From assembly GCA_028275775.1 (NCBI GenBank), contig JAPWTZ010000002.1:1-32000 (forward strand): a stretch of DNA of 32,000 nucleotides. The letters are read 5' to 3'. Made by a program: the position numbers and the translations under genes. This document shows positions 23,941 to 32,000 of this stretch, one piece after another (position 1 is the first letter of the stretch; every line of letters begins with the position of its first letter). Under the pieces are notes generated by a model. It was not told the DNA's origin and made no database searches. It was given only the letters and a program-made list of their open reading frames with translations. This stretch comes from Candidatus Nanopusillus sp. (GTDB lineage: Archaea; Nanobdellota; Nanobdellia; Nanobdellales; Nanobdellaceae).

Positions 23941-25487
23941 TATTTTTCATAGCCCTTTACAATTGGATTTTCTATTGTATATTTTGTTAATATTCTTGCA
24001 GCTTCACTTTCTGTTTTTTTCTTAACCATTGGGAATGGTATAATTTCTTTTATACTTTTTATTCCTAATAATAACATTATTACTCTATCTATACCTATTC
24101 CAATTCCTCCTGTTGGTGGCATTCCATACATTAATGCTTCTACAAAGTCTTGATCATATAAATGAGCTTCTTCAAAACCCAATTCTCTCATTTTTGCCTG
24201 TTCCAATAATAATTTATTTTGTAATATTGGATCATTTAATTCAGAATATATATTTGCAACTTCTACTCCTAAAATATATCCTTCTGCCCTTTCAACTAAG
24301 GAAGGATCTTTTCTACTTAATTTACATAAAGGTGTACTCTCTTTTGGATGTTCTATTATATATGTTGGTTCAATTAATTTATCTTCAACTAATTCTTCAA
24401 ATAATGCAGTAATTGCCAAACCTCTATTATATTCTTTTAATTCTAATTGAATATTATGCTGTTTCATTATTTCCATTATTTCTTCATCAGATAATTTTGT
24501 TACATCTATATTTGCATATTCTTTTAATGCATCATACATCGTTAATCTTCTCCATGGCGGTTTTAATGATATTTTTTTACCATTATATTCAATATAATCT
24601 TTTCCAATAACATCTTTTGCAATTCCATATATTAAATTTTCTACTAATTCCATCATTTTATCTCTATTTGCATATGCTTCATATGCTTCTAACATTGTAA
24701 ATTCTGGATTATGGGTTACATCTATTGATTCATTCCTAAAATCTGGCCCAATTTCAAATACTTTATTAAATCCACCAACAAGGTATCTTTTTAAATATAG
24801 CTCTGTAGCAATTCTTAAATACCAATTTTCTTTTAAATCGTTTACATATGTAATAAATGGTTTTGCATTTGCTCCCCCATATATTGGTTGTAATACTGGT
24901 GTTTGTACTTCTATATATCCTAAATTTTCAAAATATTTCCTAATATAACTTATTGTTTTAAATCTTATTTCAAAATATCTTCTTACTTCATCATTCATTA
25001 ATAAATCTAAATACCTTTTTCTATATCTTTCTTCTACATCACTAAATCCATACCATTGATCTGGTAAAGAAATTAATGCTTTTGTTAATATAATCCAATC
25101 TTCAGCAAACACAGATAATTCTCCAGCTTTTGTTCTTCCGACTTTACCATATACACCGATTATATCTCCTCTTTGAATAAATTCATATGCATCATCAAAA
25201 TTTTTTGTTATATCTTTTTTAATAACAGCCTGTATTTTATATCCTTCTTCTTTTATATCATAAAATGCAATTCCACCATGTTTTCTAATTGAATAAACCC
25301 TTCCTGCGATTTTTACATATTTATCCATAAATTTATCAGGATCATTTACTATTTCCTTTACATCATTCGTCTTATCAAATTCATATGGATATGGATTATA
25401 TCCTTTTTCTTTCATCCTTTCTAATACTTTTAGTCTATCTACAATATCTATTTCTAAACCAGTTTGAGATAAATTTTTATCCTCCAT
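23937..25487 (-). CDS. lysS: lysyl-tRNA synthetase, class II
   Basis: N-terminal OB anticodon-binding region, motif 2 'FRNESIDVTHNPEFTMLEAYEAY' and motif 3 'GMPPTGGIGIGIDRVIMLL'. Confidence 0.93.
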   Translation of the reverse strand: MEDKNLSQTGLEIDIVDRLKVLERMKEKGYNPYPYEFDKTNDVKEIVNDPDKFMDKYVKIAGRVYSIRKHGGIAFYDIKEEGYKIQAVIKKDITKNFDDAYEFIQRGDIIGVYGKVGRTKAGELSVFAEDWIILTKALISLPDQWYGFSDVEERYRKRYLDLLMNDEVRRYFEIRFKTISYIRKYFENLGYIEVQTPVLQPIYGGANAKPFITYVNDLKENWYLRIATELYLKRYLVGGFNKVFEIGPDFRNESIDVTHNPEFTMLEAYEAYANRDKMMELVENLIYGIAKDVIGKDYIEYNGKKISLKPPWRRLTMYDALKEYANIDVTKLSDEEIMEIMKQHNIQLELKEYNRGLAITALFEELVEDKLIEPTYIIEHPKESTPLCKLSRKDPSLVERAEGYILGVEVANIYSELNDPILQNKLLLEQAKMRELGFEEAHLYDQDFVEALMYGMPPTGGIGIGIDRVIMLLLGIKSIKEIIPFPMVKKKTESEAARILTKYTIENPIVKGYEKY

Positions 25488-25509
25488 AGCATAATTATTT
25501 TTAGAATTT

Positions 25510-25517
25510 ATTTTATA
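25510..25517 (-). promoter_or_regulatory. TATA-box-like element (TATAAAAT on the minus strand) about 26 nt upstream of the lysS start
   Basis: Reverse complement of 'attttata'. The spacing matches the other candidates. Confidence 0.3.
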
Positions 25518-25595
25518 GGATTCATTAAAATATCTATATAATCTTCCGGTCTAAGTTCATATATAAATTAGTTTAAAAAAGATTTTTAAATATTC

Positions 25596-26435
25596 TTAAT
25601 TTGAGTAATTAAGAACATAATTTTTTATTTCATTTATAGTATCTTTATCCTTCATATGCTTAAGTCTCTCTATTTCTTTCTTTATATCTATTGAAAAGTT
25701 ATTTTTATATAAAGTAATATTTGCATGACATTCTCCAATACTATAAGGATTATATTCTTCATTATTTTTAATATATTCTACACAATTTTCTAAATTTTTT
25801 CTTACAATTTCTTTAGCTTTTTCATATTTATACAACTCATTAATATCGAAATATATTAAATATCCTAAGTCAGAAGCTTTTATATCACTTCTGCCAATAA
25901 TTTTATGTGATATTTCATGAGCTCCAATAGCATCTATAACAACTTTTGATATAATCTCTTCTATATTATCTTTATTTTTATCTACATATATTGGATAATA
26001 TACTATACGATCTCCCGTAAATTTAAGTGCAACAATATTATCTTCTTTTATTTTCATATTATTAGAATGAAAATTGTTTGATAAGTTATTTATTATTTCT
26101 TCTAAAGATTTCTTTTTAAAATAAATAGATCTAGTAAATGGTGAATAGTATGCAGTAGCCCTTCTAAACATCAATATTTCATAACCCAACTCTATAGCAT
26201 ATATTGCAGAAGATATTGGTATATAAATTGTATAATCATAAATTGCTGCCCGAATTAGTAGAATTCCTATAAGAAAATATAATATTAAATTTTCTGGTAG
26301 TTTGTATCCTTCTATAATTCTTAGTCTTACTCTTTTATTTATATTATTTTCTTTTAAATAATTTATAATATTCTTATATTCATTTTTTATTAAAATCCTA
26401 TCCAATCTTTCTAATCTTTTATTAGATGTAATCAT
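25596..26435 (-). CDS. membrane-associated protein with HExxH motif (putative metallopeptidase)
   Basis: Two hydrophobic helices lie near the N-terminus ('LILYFLIGILLIRAAIY', 'IYIPISSAIYAIELGYEILMF'). A single 'GAHEISHKIIG' HExxH motif is present. There is no further family assignment. Confidence 0.4.
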   Translation of the reverse strand: MITSNKRLERLDRILIKNEYKNIINYLKENNINKRVRLRIIEGYKLPENLILYFLIGILLIRAAIYDYTIYIPISSAIYAIELGYEILMFRRATAYYSPFTRSIYFKKKSLEEIINNLSNNFHSNNMKIKEDNIVALKFTGDRIVYYPIYVDKNKDNIEEIISKVVIDAIGAHEISHKIIGRSDIKASDLGYLIYFDINELYKYEKAKEIVRKNLENCVEYIKNNEEYNPYSIGECHANITLYKNNFSIDIKKEIERLKHMKDKDTINEIKNYVLNYSN

Positions 26436-26554
26436 TACTATATAGTAATAATAGCAATCTTTATAAATATTATATCTTAAATTTATGAAACAATTTTTGA
26501 ATAAAAAAGATAAAGTAGTATTTATTTAAAAGATTCATAAAGGTATTTTAATTT

Positions 26555-27154
26555 ATGATAGAGAATTATATTAACGTATTCATTACTATGTTTATTATAT
26601 TGGGAACTATTCCAAATATATTTGTATTTGAATCTATTTTTGATTCTTTAGGATTAAATATAAATCAAAAAAGATATGCAGTTAATAGAGCATTTTTAAT
26701 TGCATATATATTATGGTTAATAATATTTTTATTTGGTAACTGGTTTTTAATAATTTTGGGAATAAATTTAATAGATTTTAGAATTGCTGGGGGAATATTT
26801 TTATTTTATATTGCATTTGAAATATTGGTAAAAGATATTCCTTCTCATGTAAATATGAAAGATAATAATGAATCTTTAGAAGATATTATTGCAACTCCTT
26901 TAGCAATACCATTAATTACAGGTCCTGGTGTTATTACAACAACATTAATTTATACATCAGAGAATCTCAATTTAATATATTTATTTTTAACAATGTCTTT
27001 AGCATTTTTAGTTTCCTATATAATAATTTATAATAGTACTTTAATATTGGAAAAAGCTGGAAAGAAGAATTTAATTATTTTAAATAAATTGGGAGGTTTA
27101 ATATTATTGGCAATTGCAACAGATATAATTATATCTGCAATAAAAATGTTATAA
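26555..27154 (+). CDS. MarC family (UPF0056) integral membrane protein
   Basis: Six-TM layout with the family-typical 'ATPLAIPLITGPGVITT' motif. Confidence 0.75.
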   Translation: MIENYINVFITMFIILGTIPNIFVFESIFDSLGLNINQKRYAVNRAFLIAYILWLIIFLFGNWFLIILGINLIDFRIAGGIFLFYIAFEILVKDIPSHVNMKDNNESLEDIIATPLAIPLITGPGVITTTLIYTSENLNLIYLFLTMSLAFLVSYIIIYNSTLILEKAGKKNLIILNKLGGLILLAIATDIIISAIKML

Positions 27155-27979
27155 AATATTTTTATTTGTATTTTTTAAGATGTTCTCTAAAAAGTGATAA
27201 GGATCTTTTACAAGTTCTTCGTATATATTTTTTAAATTTATTCTATGAAGACCATATTCAGCTAAAATATGATATCCAGTACATGCTCCAGCAGTAAATG
27301 GATCTTTATTTATTAGAGAAGGTATAGATTCTAAAATATCTCTACATCCTATTGTATTATATAAAGAAATATAAATTCCAATACTTGATATTCCTAATTT
27401 AGTAGAAAATGTCTTATAATACGATATAATTGCTAATACATATATTACATATTCTTTTATTTCTTTAGGTAATTTTAATTTTCTGATATTTTCTGTAGAA
27501 AGCAAAAGTCCATGTAATATTATAAATTTTATATAATTTTTAATTAAATTTTTAATTATGTCCTCATATGATGGTTCTTTTTCAGATCGTATTGATGACT
27601 TTGTTGGTATTGCTATAAGTATTTCCTTTAATGTAGGATTACCTGAAAATAATTGAAATTTTTGAGGAACAAAAATATAACTGCGTTCTTTATTATTTTC
27701 TATATTATTATAAATATTGATTATTGTTGATATAGCTTTTTTAATTGTAGATTTGTCTAAAAATAAAATATTATACATTTCATCATAAGAGATAGGATAT
27801 TCTAAATTACTAATTAGTATTTTTATATGACGAGGAATTCTTATTTTTCTCTTTGCTAAAAATCCTTTATTATATAATACTTGTTCATGGGATTCTCTTT
27901 CAATTATGTAGTCTAAGTTATTTAATATTTTTTTCATGACTTCTTTTGTGTTGTTTGAGTTATTTAAAATACTATTCAT
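27149..27979 (-). CDS. hypothetical protein (276 aa), predicted all-alpha
   Basis: Intact ORF with no catalytic or NTP-binding motif. The C-terminal half ('KDPFTAGACTGYHILAEYG') has only a vague resemblance to cyclin-fold repeats of TFB-like proteins. Confidence 0.4.
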   Translation of the reverse strand: MNSILNNSNNTKEVMKKILNNLDYIIERESHEQVLYNKGFLAKRKIRIPRHIKILISNLEYPISYDEMYNILFLDKSTIKKAISTIINIYNNIENNKERSYIFVPQKFQLFSGNPTLKEILIAIPTKSSIRSEKEPSYEDIIKNLIKNYIKFIILHGLLLSTENIRKLKLPKEIKEYVIYVLAIISYYKTFSTKLGISSIGIYISLYNTIGCRDILESIPSLINKDPFTAGACTGYHILAEYGLHRINLKNIYEELVKDPYHFLENILKNTNKNIL

Positions 27980-28046
27980 AAGTAATTATAATTAAAGAAA
28001 GTCTTATAATAATTATCAATATATTTTCTTATATATTTTCTATGAT

Positions 28047-28787
28047 ATGAAATATATGATAATAATTCATAGAAAAACTGGTAAGAAATTTTATATAGAA
28101 GATAAAAATAAAGATTTTAATACGCATTTTGGGATAATAAAAAAGGAAGATTTAAATAAAGAACCTGGTAGTATAATTAAATCGCATTTAAATGAAGAAT
28201 TTTTAATACTGGAAGATAATTTTAATGATTTAATTAAATATTTAAAAAGAGGACCACAATCAATTCATCAAAAAGATATAGGATTATTATATTCTTTAGT
28301 AAATATTTCTCCAGGAATGAAAATTGTAGAAGGGGGAACTGGTTCTGGAATATTAACAGCATATTTAGCAAATTCTATAAGACCAAATGGAAAAGTATAT
28401 TCATATGAAATTAGGGAAGACTTTTATAATATTGCAAAGAAAAATTTGGAAAAATTAAAATTATTAGACTATGTTGAATTAAAATTAAAGAATATTAATG
28501 AAGGAATTGATGAAAAAGATATAGATTTAATAATATTGGATATACCAGATCCATGGAATACTTTAAATCATGCATATAATTCATTAAAATTTGGTGGATA
28601 TTTAGTATCTTTCTTACCAAATATAACATCTGTATTAAAATTATTAGACTCAAATGATAAATTTTTATTTATTGGAGTATATGAAAATTTTTATAGAAAA
28701 TGGATATATGAAAAAGGAAAAGTTCTTAGACCAAAGAATTTGGAATTAGTTCATACAGAATTTCTAGTATTATTTAGAAAAGTATAA
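28047..28787 (+). CDS. trmI: tRNA (adenine-N1)-methyltransferase TrmI/Gcd14 family
   Basis: 'GPQSIHQKDIGLLYSLVNISPGMKIVEGGTGSGILTAYLANSIRPNGKVYSYEIREDF' (SAM motif I) and 'IDLIILDIPDPWN'. Confidence 0.8.
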   Translation: MKYMIIIHRKTGKKFYIEDKNKDFNTHFGIIKKEDLNKEPGSIIKSHLNEEFLILEDNFNDLIKYLKRGPQSIHQKDIGLLYSLVNISPGMKIVEGGTGSGILTAYLANSIRPNGKVYSYEIREDFYNIAKKNLEKLKLLDYVELKLKNINEGIDEKDIDLIILDIPDPWNTLNHAYNSLKFGGYLVSFLPNITSVLKLLDSNDKFLFIGVYENFYRKWIYEKGKVLRPKNLELVHTEFLVLFRKV

Positions 28788-28894
28788 ATAATTTAGTTTT
28801 TAATTTAGTTCTATGTATTTTCCATTAATTTAATAAAAATCATTGATAATGATATTGTATTGTTCTGATAAGTTTATAAAAAATATAATGATTA

Positions 28895-28920
28895 GGTTAA
28901 AAAATAAAAGTATTTTAACC
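28895..28920. repeat. perfect 8-bp inverted repeat GGTTAAAA-N10-TTTTAACC in a long spacer
   Basis: Read directly from the sequence. It lies about 35 nt upstream of the ATG at 28956, inside the longest non-coding spacer of the window. Confidence 0.6.
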
Positions 28921-28955
28921 GAAAAATTTAACTTTCAAAATATTATAATAACATT

Positions 28956-29792
28956 ATGGTGAAACATCCAAAGAAGTTACATTTTGGTCCTGCAGGTGTT
29001 CCACTATCTTCTAAAAAAAGAGATACATTAAATGGAATTATATATACATACGAAGAATTAAATTTGGATGGATTTGAAATAGAGTTTACATATGGAGTAA
29101 AATTAAAAGAAGATGTTGCAAACAATATAAATGAATATATAAAAGATAAAGAATTTATATTAACATGCCATGCTCCATATTATATTAATTTAAATTCTAC
29201 TGAAGAGTCAAAAATAAATAAATCAATAGACATGTTATATAATGCTGCAAGATTATTATATTTATCTGGAGGATATTCTGTTGTTTTTCATCCAGGTTGG
29301 TATTTAAATAATTCAAAAGAAGATACATATAATGTAGTAAGGGAAAATCTAAAGAAATTAATGGATAAATTAAAGGATGAAAGTATTGATATTTATATAA
29401 GACCGGAAACAATGGAATTACCAAAAAAATTTGGTGATATAGATGAAATAATAAAATTATCTCAAGATATAGAAAATGTTTTACCTGCAGTAGATTTTGC
29501 TCATTTAAGATATAGAAATAATAGAAATGATGTAGATTATTTTAGAGAAGTATTAGATAAAATAGAAAATGAACTTGGAAGAGATGCTTTAAATAATATG
29601 CATATTCATATGTCAGGAATAACTTTAGATAAAAAAGGTACTCATTTAAATTTAGAAGAATCTGATATGCCTTGGAAAGATATATTAAAATTATTAAAGG
29701 AATATAAAGTTAAAGGTATTGTAATTTCAGAATCTCCAAATATTGAGGAAGATGCAATTAGAATGAGAGATTATTATAAAAAATTAAAGTAA
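28956..29792 (+). CDS. endonuclease IV-like (AP endonuclease family 2 / xylose isomerase-like TIM barrel) protein
   Basis: An ordered motif series parallels Endo IV: 'CHAPYYINLNS', 'VVFHPGWY', 'IRPETM', 'VDFAHL', 'MHIHMSG', 'HLNLEESDMPW', 'VISESP'. Confidence 0.6.
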   Translation: MVKHPKKLHFGPAGVPLSSKKRDTLNGIIYTYEELNLDGFEIEFTYGVKLKEDVANNINEYIKDKEFILTCHAPYYINLNSTEESKINKSIDMLYNAARLLYLSGGYSVVFHPGWYLNNSKEDTYNVVRENLKKLMDKLKDESIDIYIRPETMELPKKFGDIDEIIKLSQDIENVLPAVDFAHLRYRNNRNDVDYFREVLDKIENELGRDALNNMHIHMSGITLDKKGTHLNLEESDMPWKDILKLLKEYKVKGIVISESPNIEEDAIRMRDYYKKLK

Positions 29793-31286
29793 GTTTTTTG
29801 CTAAATTAATAAATGCTGGTCTTGTTATTAAATATCCTATCCAAACTGTAATTATTACCATAATTGCAAATCCTCTATATAATGATAAACCTGCTACAAA
29901 TGCCGGGAATACTGATAATGTTTCTAATATAATTGCTAATAATATAATAAACATAGCTTTTTTAATTGCTTTATCTAATCTTTCAACATTATCTGTTTTT
30001 ACTTCATTATTTCCCTCTCTTTTTGCTCTTAATATTTCTTCAGCAGCAACCAATTGATCATCAATACCTGTAGCAGTTCCAAATATTATACCAATAAATG
30101 CTGGAATATCATATGTTTGATGTATTGCAATACCTATTGCAAATGCAATTAAGAATTCAGATGCTAATGTTAATGTAACCAATGCAGGTACCTTTAAATT
30201 TCTATATGCTGCATAAAGTATTGCAAATATACCAATCAATATTAATAATAGTACTAGTTCAAAAGATTTTAATATATAATATCCAAATATTGGTGGAATT
30301 ATAGATTCCTGAACAATATTAAATTTTGAAGGTAATTGTCCATTTTCTAATATTATATATAAATCATATGCTTGTTGATATGCATTATATTGTGCTTGTG
30401 CCATGGAATTTCCAGTTGCAGATACTTGAATACTTACTTGTTGCGTATTTGAACCTTTTAGATCTGCTGCAATTAATAATGTTGATACATTTTTATTATC
30501 TAAATAGAATACTATTGGTTCACTTAAATATGCTCCTCCGTTTTCTAATACTACAGATAAATTTTGTGTGGCTTGTGCAAAATTATTAGCAGCTTGTTGT
30601 GATAATAATAATGTAAAATAATATGTACATACATATTGATTACCTACTGGAGAACATCCTAATAAACCAGAATATTGTCCTCCAAATAATGGTTTTATTT
30701 CTGAACCAGTAAATATTGTTGTATTACCAATTTTTGCATAAAATTCCCCCTGACTAATTATGTAAGGAATCAAATATCCTTCAGAATATGGTAATTCTAC
30801 TATTATGTATCCTGCAGATGTTGGATATATATTTATTGATTTAACACCAAAAGAATTTAATCTATTTTCAATTACCTGTGCTGCAATTGATAATTCTTGA
30901 GGAGTTAATGGTTTTGAGGAATTTAATATTAACAAATAACCTCCAGCAATATCTATTCCATAAGATATTAAAGAAGATTGTGTAATATTTGTTTCATTTA
31001 TTAATAATTGATATTGATATGGTTCTAAAACAATATTTCCATTACTTGTACTTATTTGTAAAAAAGGAGAATTAATATTATTATATATACATGTATAATA
31101 AGAATTTATTGAATTTACTGGACATCCATTTATTGAATATATATATGTATCATTTGGTAGAATGGTACTAGAAACAACTTCTACTTTATTACTAGTTAAT
31201 GCATATGCATCAAATATCAAAGATACAATAAAAATTATAATAAATATTAAAATTCTCCAATTTTTTATTAAAGACTTTATGTCCAT
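29784..31286 (-). CDS. secD: protein-export membrane protein SecD
   Basis: N-terminal anchor 'WRILIFIIIFIVSLIF', 'GIDIAGGYLLIL' and 'AAQVIENRLNSFGVKSINIYP...IIVELP'. The C-terminal TM bundle carries 'GTATGIDDQLVAAEEILR'. Confidence 0.75.
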   Translation of the reverse strand: MDIKSLIKNWRILIFIIIFIVSLIFDAYALTSNKVEVVSSTILPNDTYIYSINGCPVNSINSYYTCIYNNINSPFLQISTSNGNIVLEPYQYQLLINETNITQSSLISYGIDIAGGYLLILNSSKPLTPQELSIAAQVIENRLNSFGVKSINIYPTSAGYIIVELPYSEGYLIPYIISQGEFYAKIGNTTIFTGSEIKPLFGGQYSGLLGCSPVGNQYVCTYYFTLLLSQQAANNFAQATQNLSVVLENGGAYLSEPIVFYLDNKNVSTLLIAADLKGSNTQQVSIQVSATGNSMAQAQYNAYQQAYDLYIILENGQLPSKFNIVQESIIPPIFGYYILKSFELVLLLILIGIFAILYAAYRNLKVPALVTLTLASEFLIAFAIGIAIHQTYDIPAFIGIIFGTATGIDDQLVAAEEILRAKREGNNEVKTDNVERLDKAIKKAMFIILLAIILETLSVFPAFVAGLSLYRGFAIMVIITVWIGYLITRPAFINLAKNLL

Positions 31287-31310
31287 ATTGATGTTTTATG
31301 TAAAATATTT

Positions 31311-31892
31311 TTATGGTTTTCCTCTTGAATATCCTTTTGTTATTCCCATTGCAATTAGATGTGCAACTCTAATCGGTTCAGGAATTCTAGAATGTACAGA
31401 TGTTAATTTAATTATGTTTATTACGTCATTATATTCTAATCCATAATATTGAAAATATAATGTTCCATATTCTGTTTTATAACTTTTTGGTTCAGGATAT
31501 TTTTTTACTATTTCCAATCTTTTTTCATAATCTTTTGTATGTTTAATTGCTTCTATAAATTTATTTATATTTGGTTTTTTCCTTACAAAAGATATTATTG
31601 GTATTTTTAATTCATTATATAAATATTCAAAATCTATCAAATTAAATCCACCAAAAGATATACCATTTGTTGCTATTATTCTTAGTTGATCATAGTGTTT
31701 TGTTCTTTTTATCATTTCAATTATTCTATCATTTACATCAAAACCATCTATTTCAATTTTATTTGACAATACACCATCTATTTGTGATGGTCCTCTCATT
31801 ATAACTCCAACAATTATTGTATATTTATCTTTATTTCTATCAAAATATCCATCATCAATTCCTAATATTCTTATTTCTCTTTTGATATCCAT
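31311..31892 (-). CDS. DUF99 / UPF0215 family protein
   Basis: 'IRILGIDDGYF', 'IIVGVIMRG', 'IDGFDVNDRIIEMI' and 'IIATNGISFGGFNLIDFEYLYNELKIPIISF' match the conserved archaeal DUF99 pattern. Confidence 0.7.
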   Translation of the reverse strand: MDIKREIRILGIDDGYFDRNKDKYTIIVGVIMRGPSQIDGVLSNKIEIDGFDVNDRIIEMIKRTKHYDQLRIIATNGISFGGFNLIDFEYLYNELKIPIISFVRKKPNINKFIEAIKHTKDYEKRLEIVKKYPEPKSYKTEYGTLYFQYYGLEYNDVINIIKLTSVHSRIPEPIRVAHLIAMGITKGYSRGKP

Positions 31893-32000
31893 TTATTAAA
31901 ATATTTTTCCCAATCTAATTTAAAAAATATTATACTTAATAAAATAAATGCTATTGAAGAAATTATAGATAATTTTAATAAAGGTATTTTTGATATATAA

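Noticed and set aside
28845-28868. A possible C/D-box sRNA: 'AATGATA' (C-box-like), 10 nt, then 'CTGA' (D-box-like).
   Set aside because: The C box is imperfect (AUGAUA rather than UGAUGA). The spacer is 10 nt rather than about 12. There is no matching C'/D' pair or terminal stem. Such short strings are expected by chance in AT-rich DNA.

Overview
The window is extremely AT-rich, roughly a quarter G+C or less by eye, and is a tightly packed archaeal chromosomal segment. I call about 36 protein genes and one tRNA. I see no rRNA, CRISPR array, transposase or integrase. All homology calls come from reading motifs in the supplied translations, because no searches were run.

Clearly recognisable housekeeping genes:
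- thermosome
- ribosomal proteins uS13 and uS4
- Cbf5
- RNase HII
- class II LysRS
- TrmI
- SecD
- a Fap7/AK6-like kinase
- a MazG-like hydrolase
- a P3A-type P-type ATPase
- MarC and TauE family membrane proteins

A DNA-repair theme is present:
- Mre11-Rad50
- a separate HerA
- an RPA-like OB-fold protein
- a KaiC/RadA-like ATPase
- an Endo IV-like TIM barrel

A cell-surface theme is also present:
- a minimal archaeosortase-like protein
- a FlaI/PilB-type ATPase cluster
- a Cys-rich protein with a class III (prepilin) signal
- several sequon-dense Asn/Tyr-rich secreted proteins

Conserved operons are broken up: S13-S4 lacks S11/RpoD, Mre11-Rad50 lacks HerA/NurA, and SecD lacks SecF. Genes are small and spacers tiny. 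The only tRNA is about 67% G+C in a very AT-rich background. Together these suggest a thermophilic, genome-reduced archaeon of Nanoarchaeota/DPANN type. That is inference, not proof.

The best candidates for something undescribed are:
1. The type IV filament-like cluster, which lacks a platform gene, together with the nearby Cys-rich pilin and the minimal archaeosortase.
2. HerA translationally coupled to an unrecognised 102-aa protein instead of NurA.
3. A thermosome whose GDGTT phosphate-binding motif reads GDGTKR.
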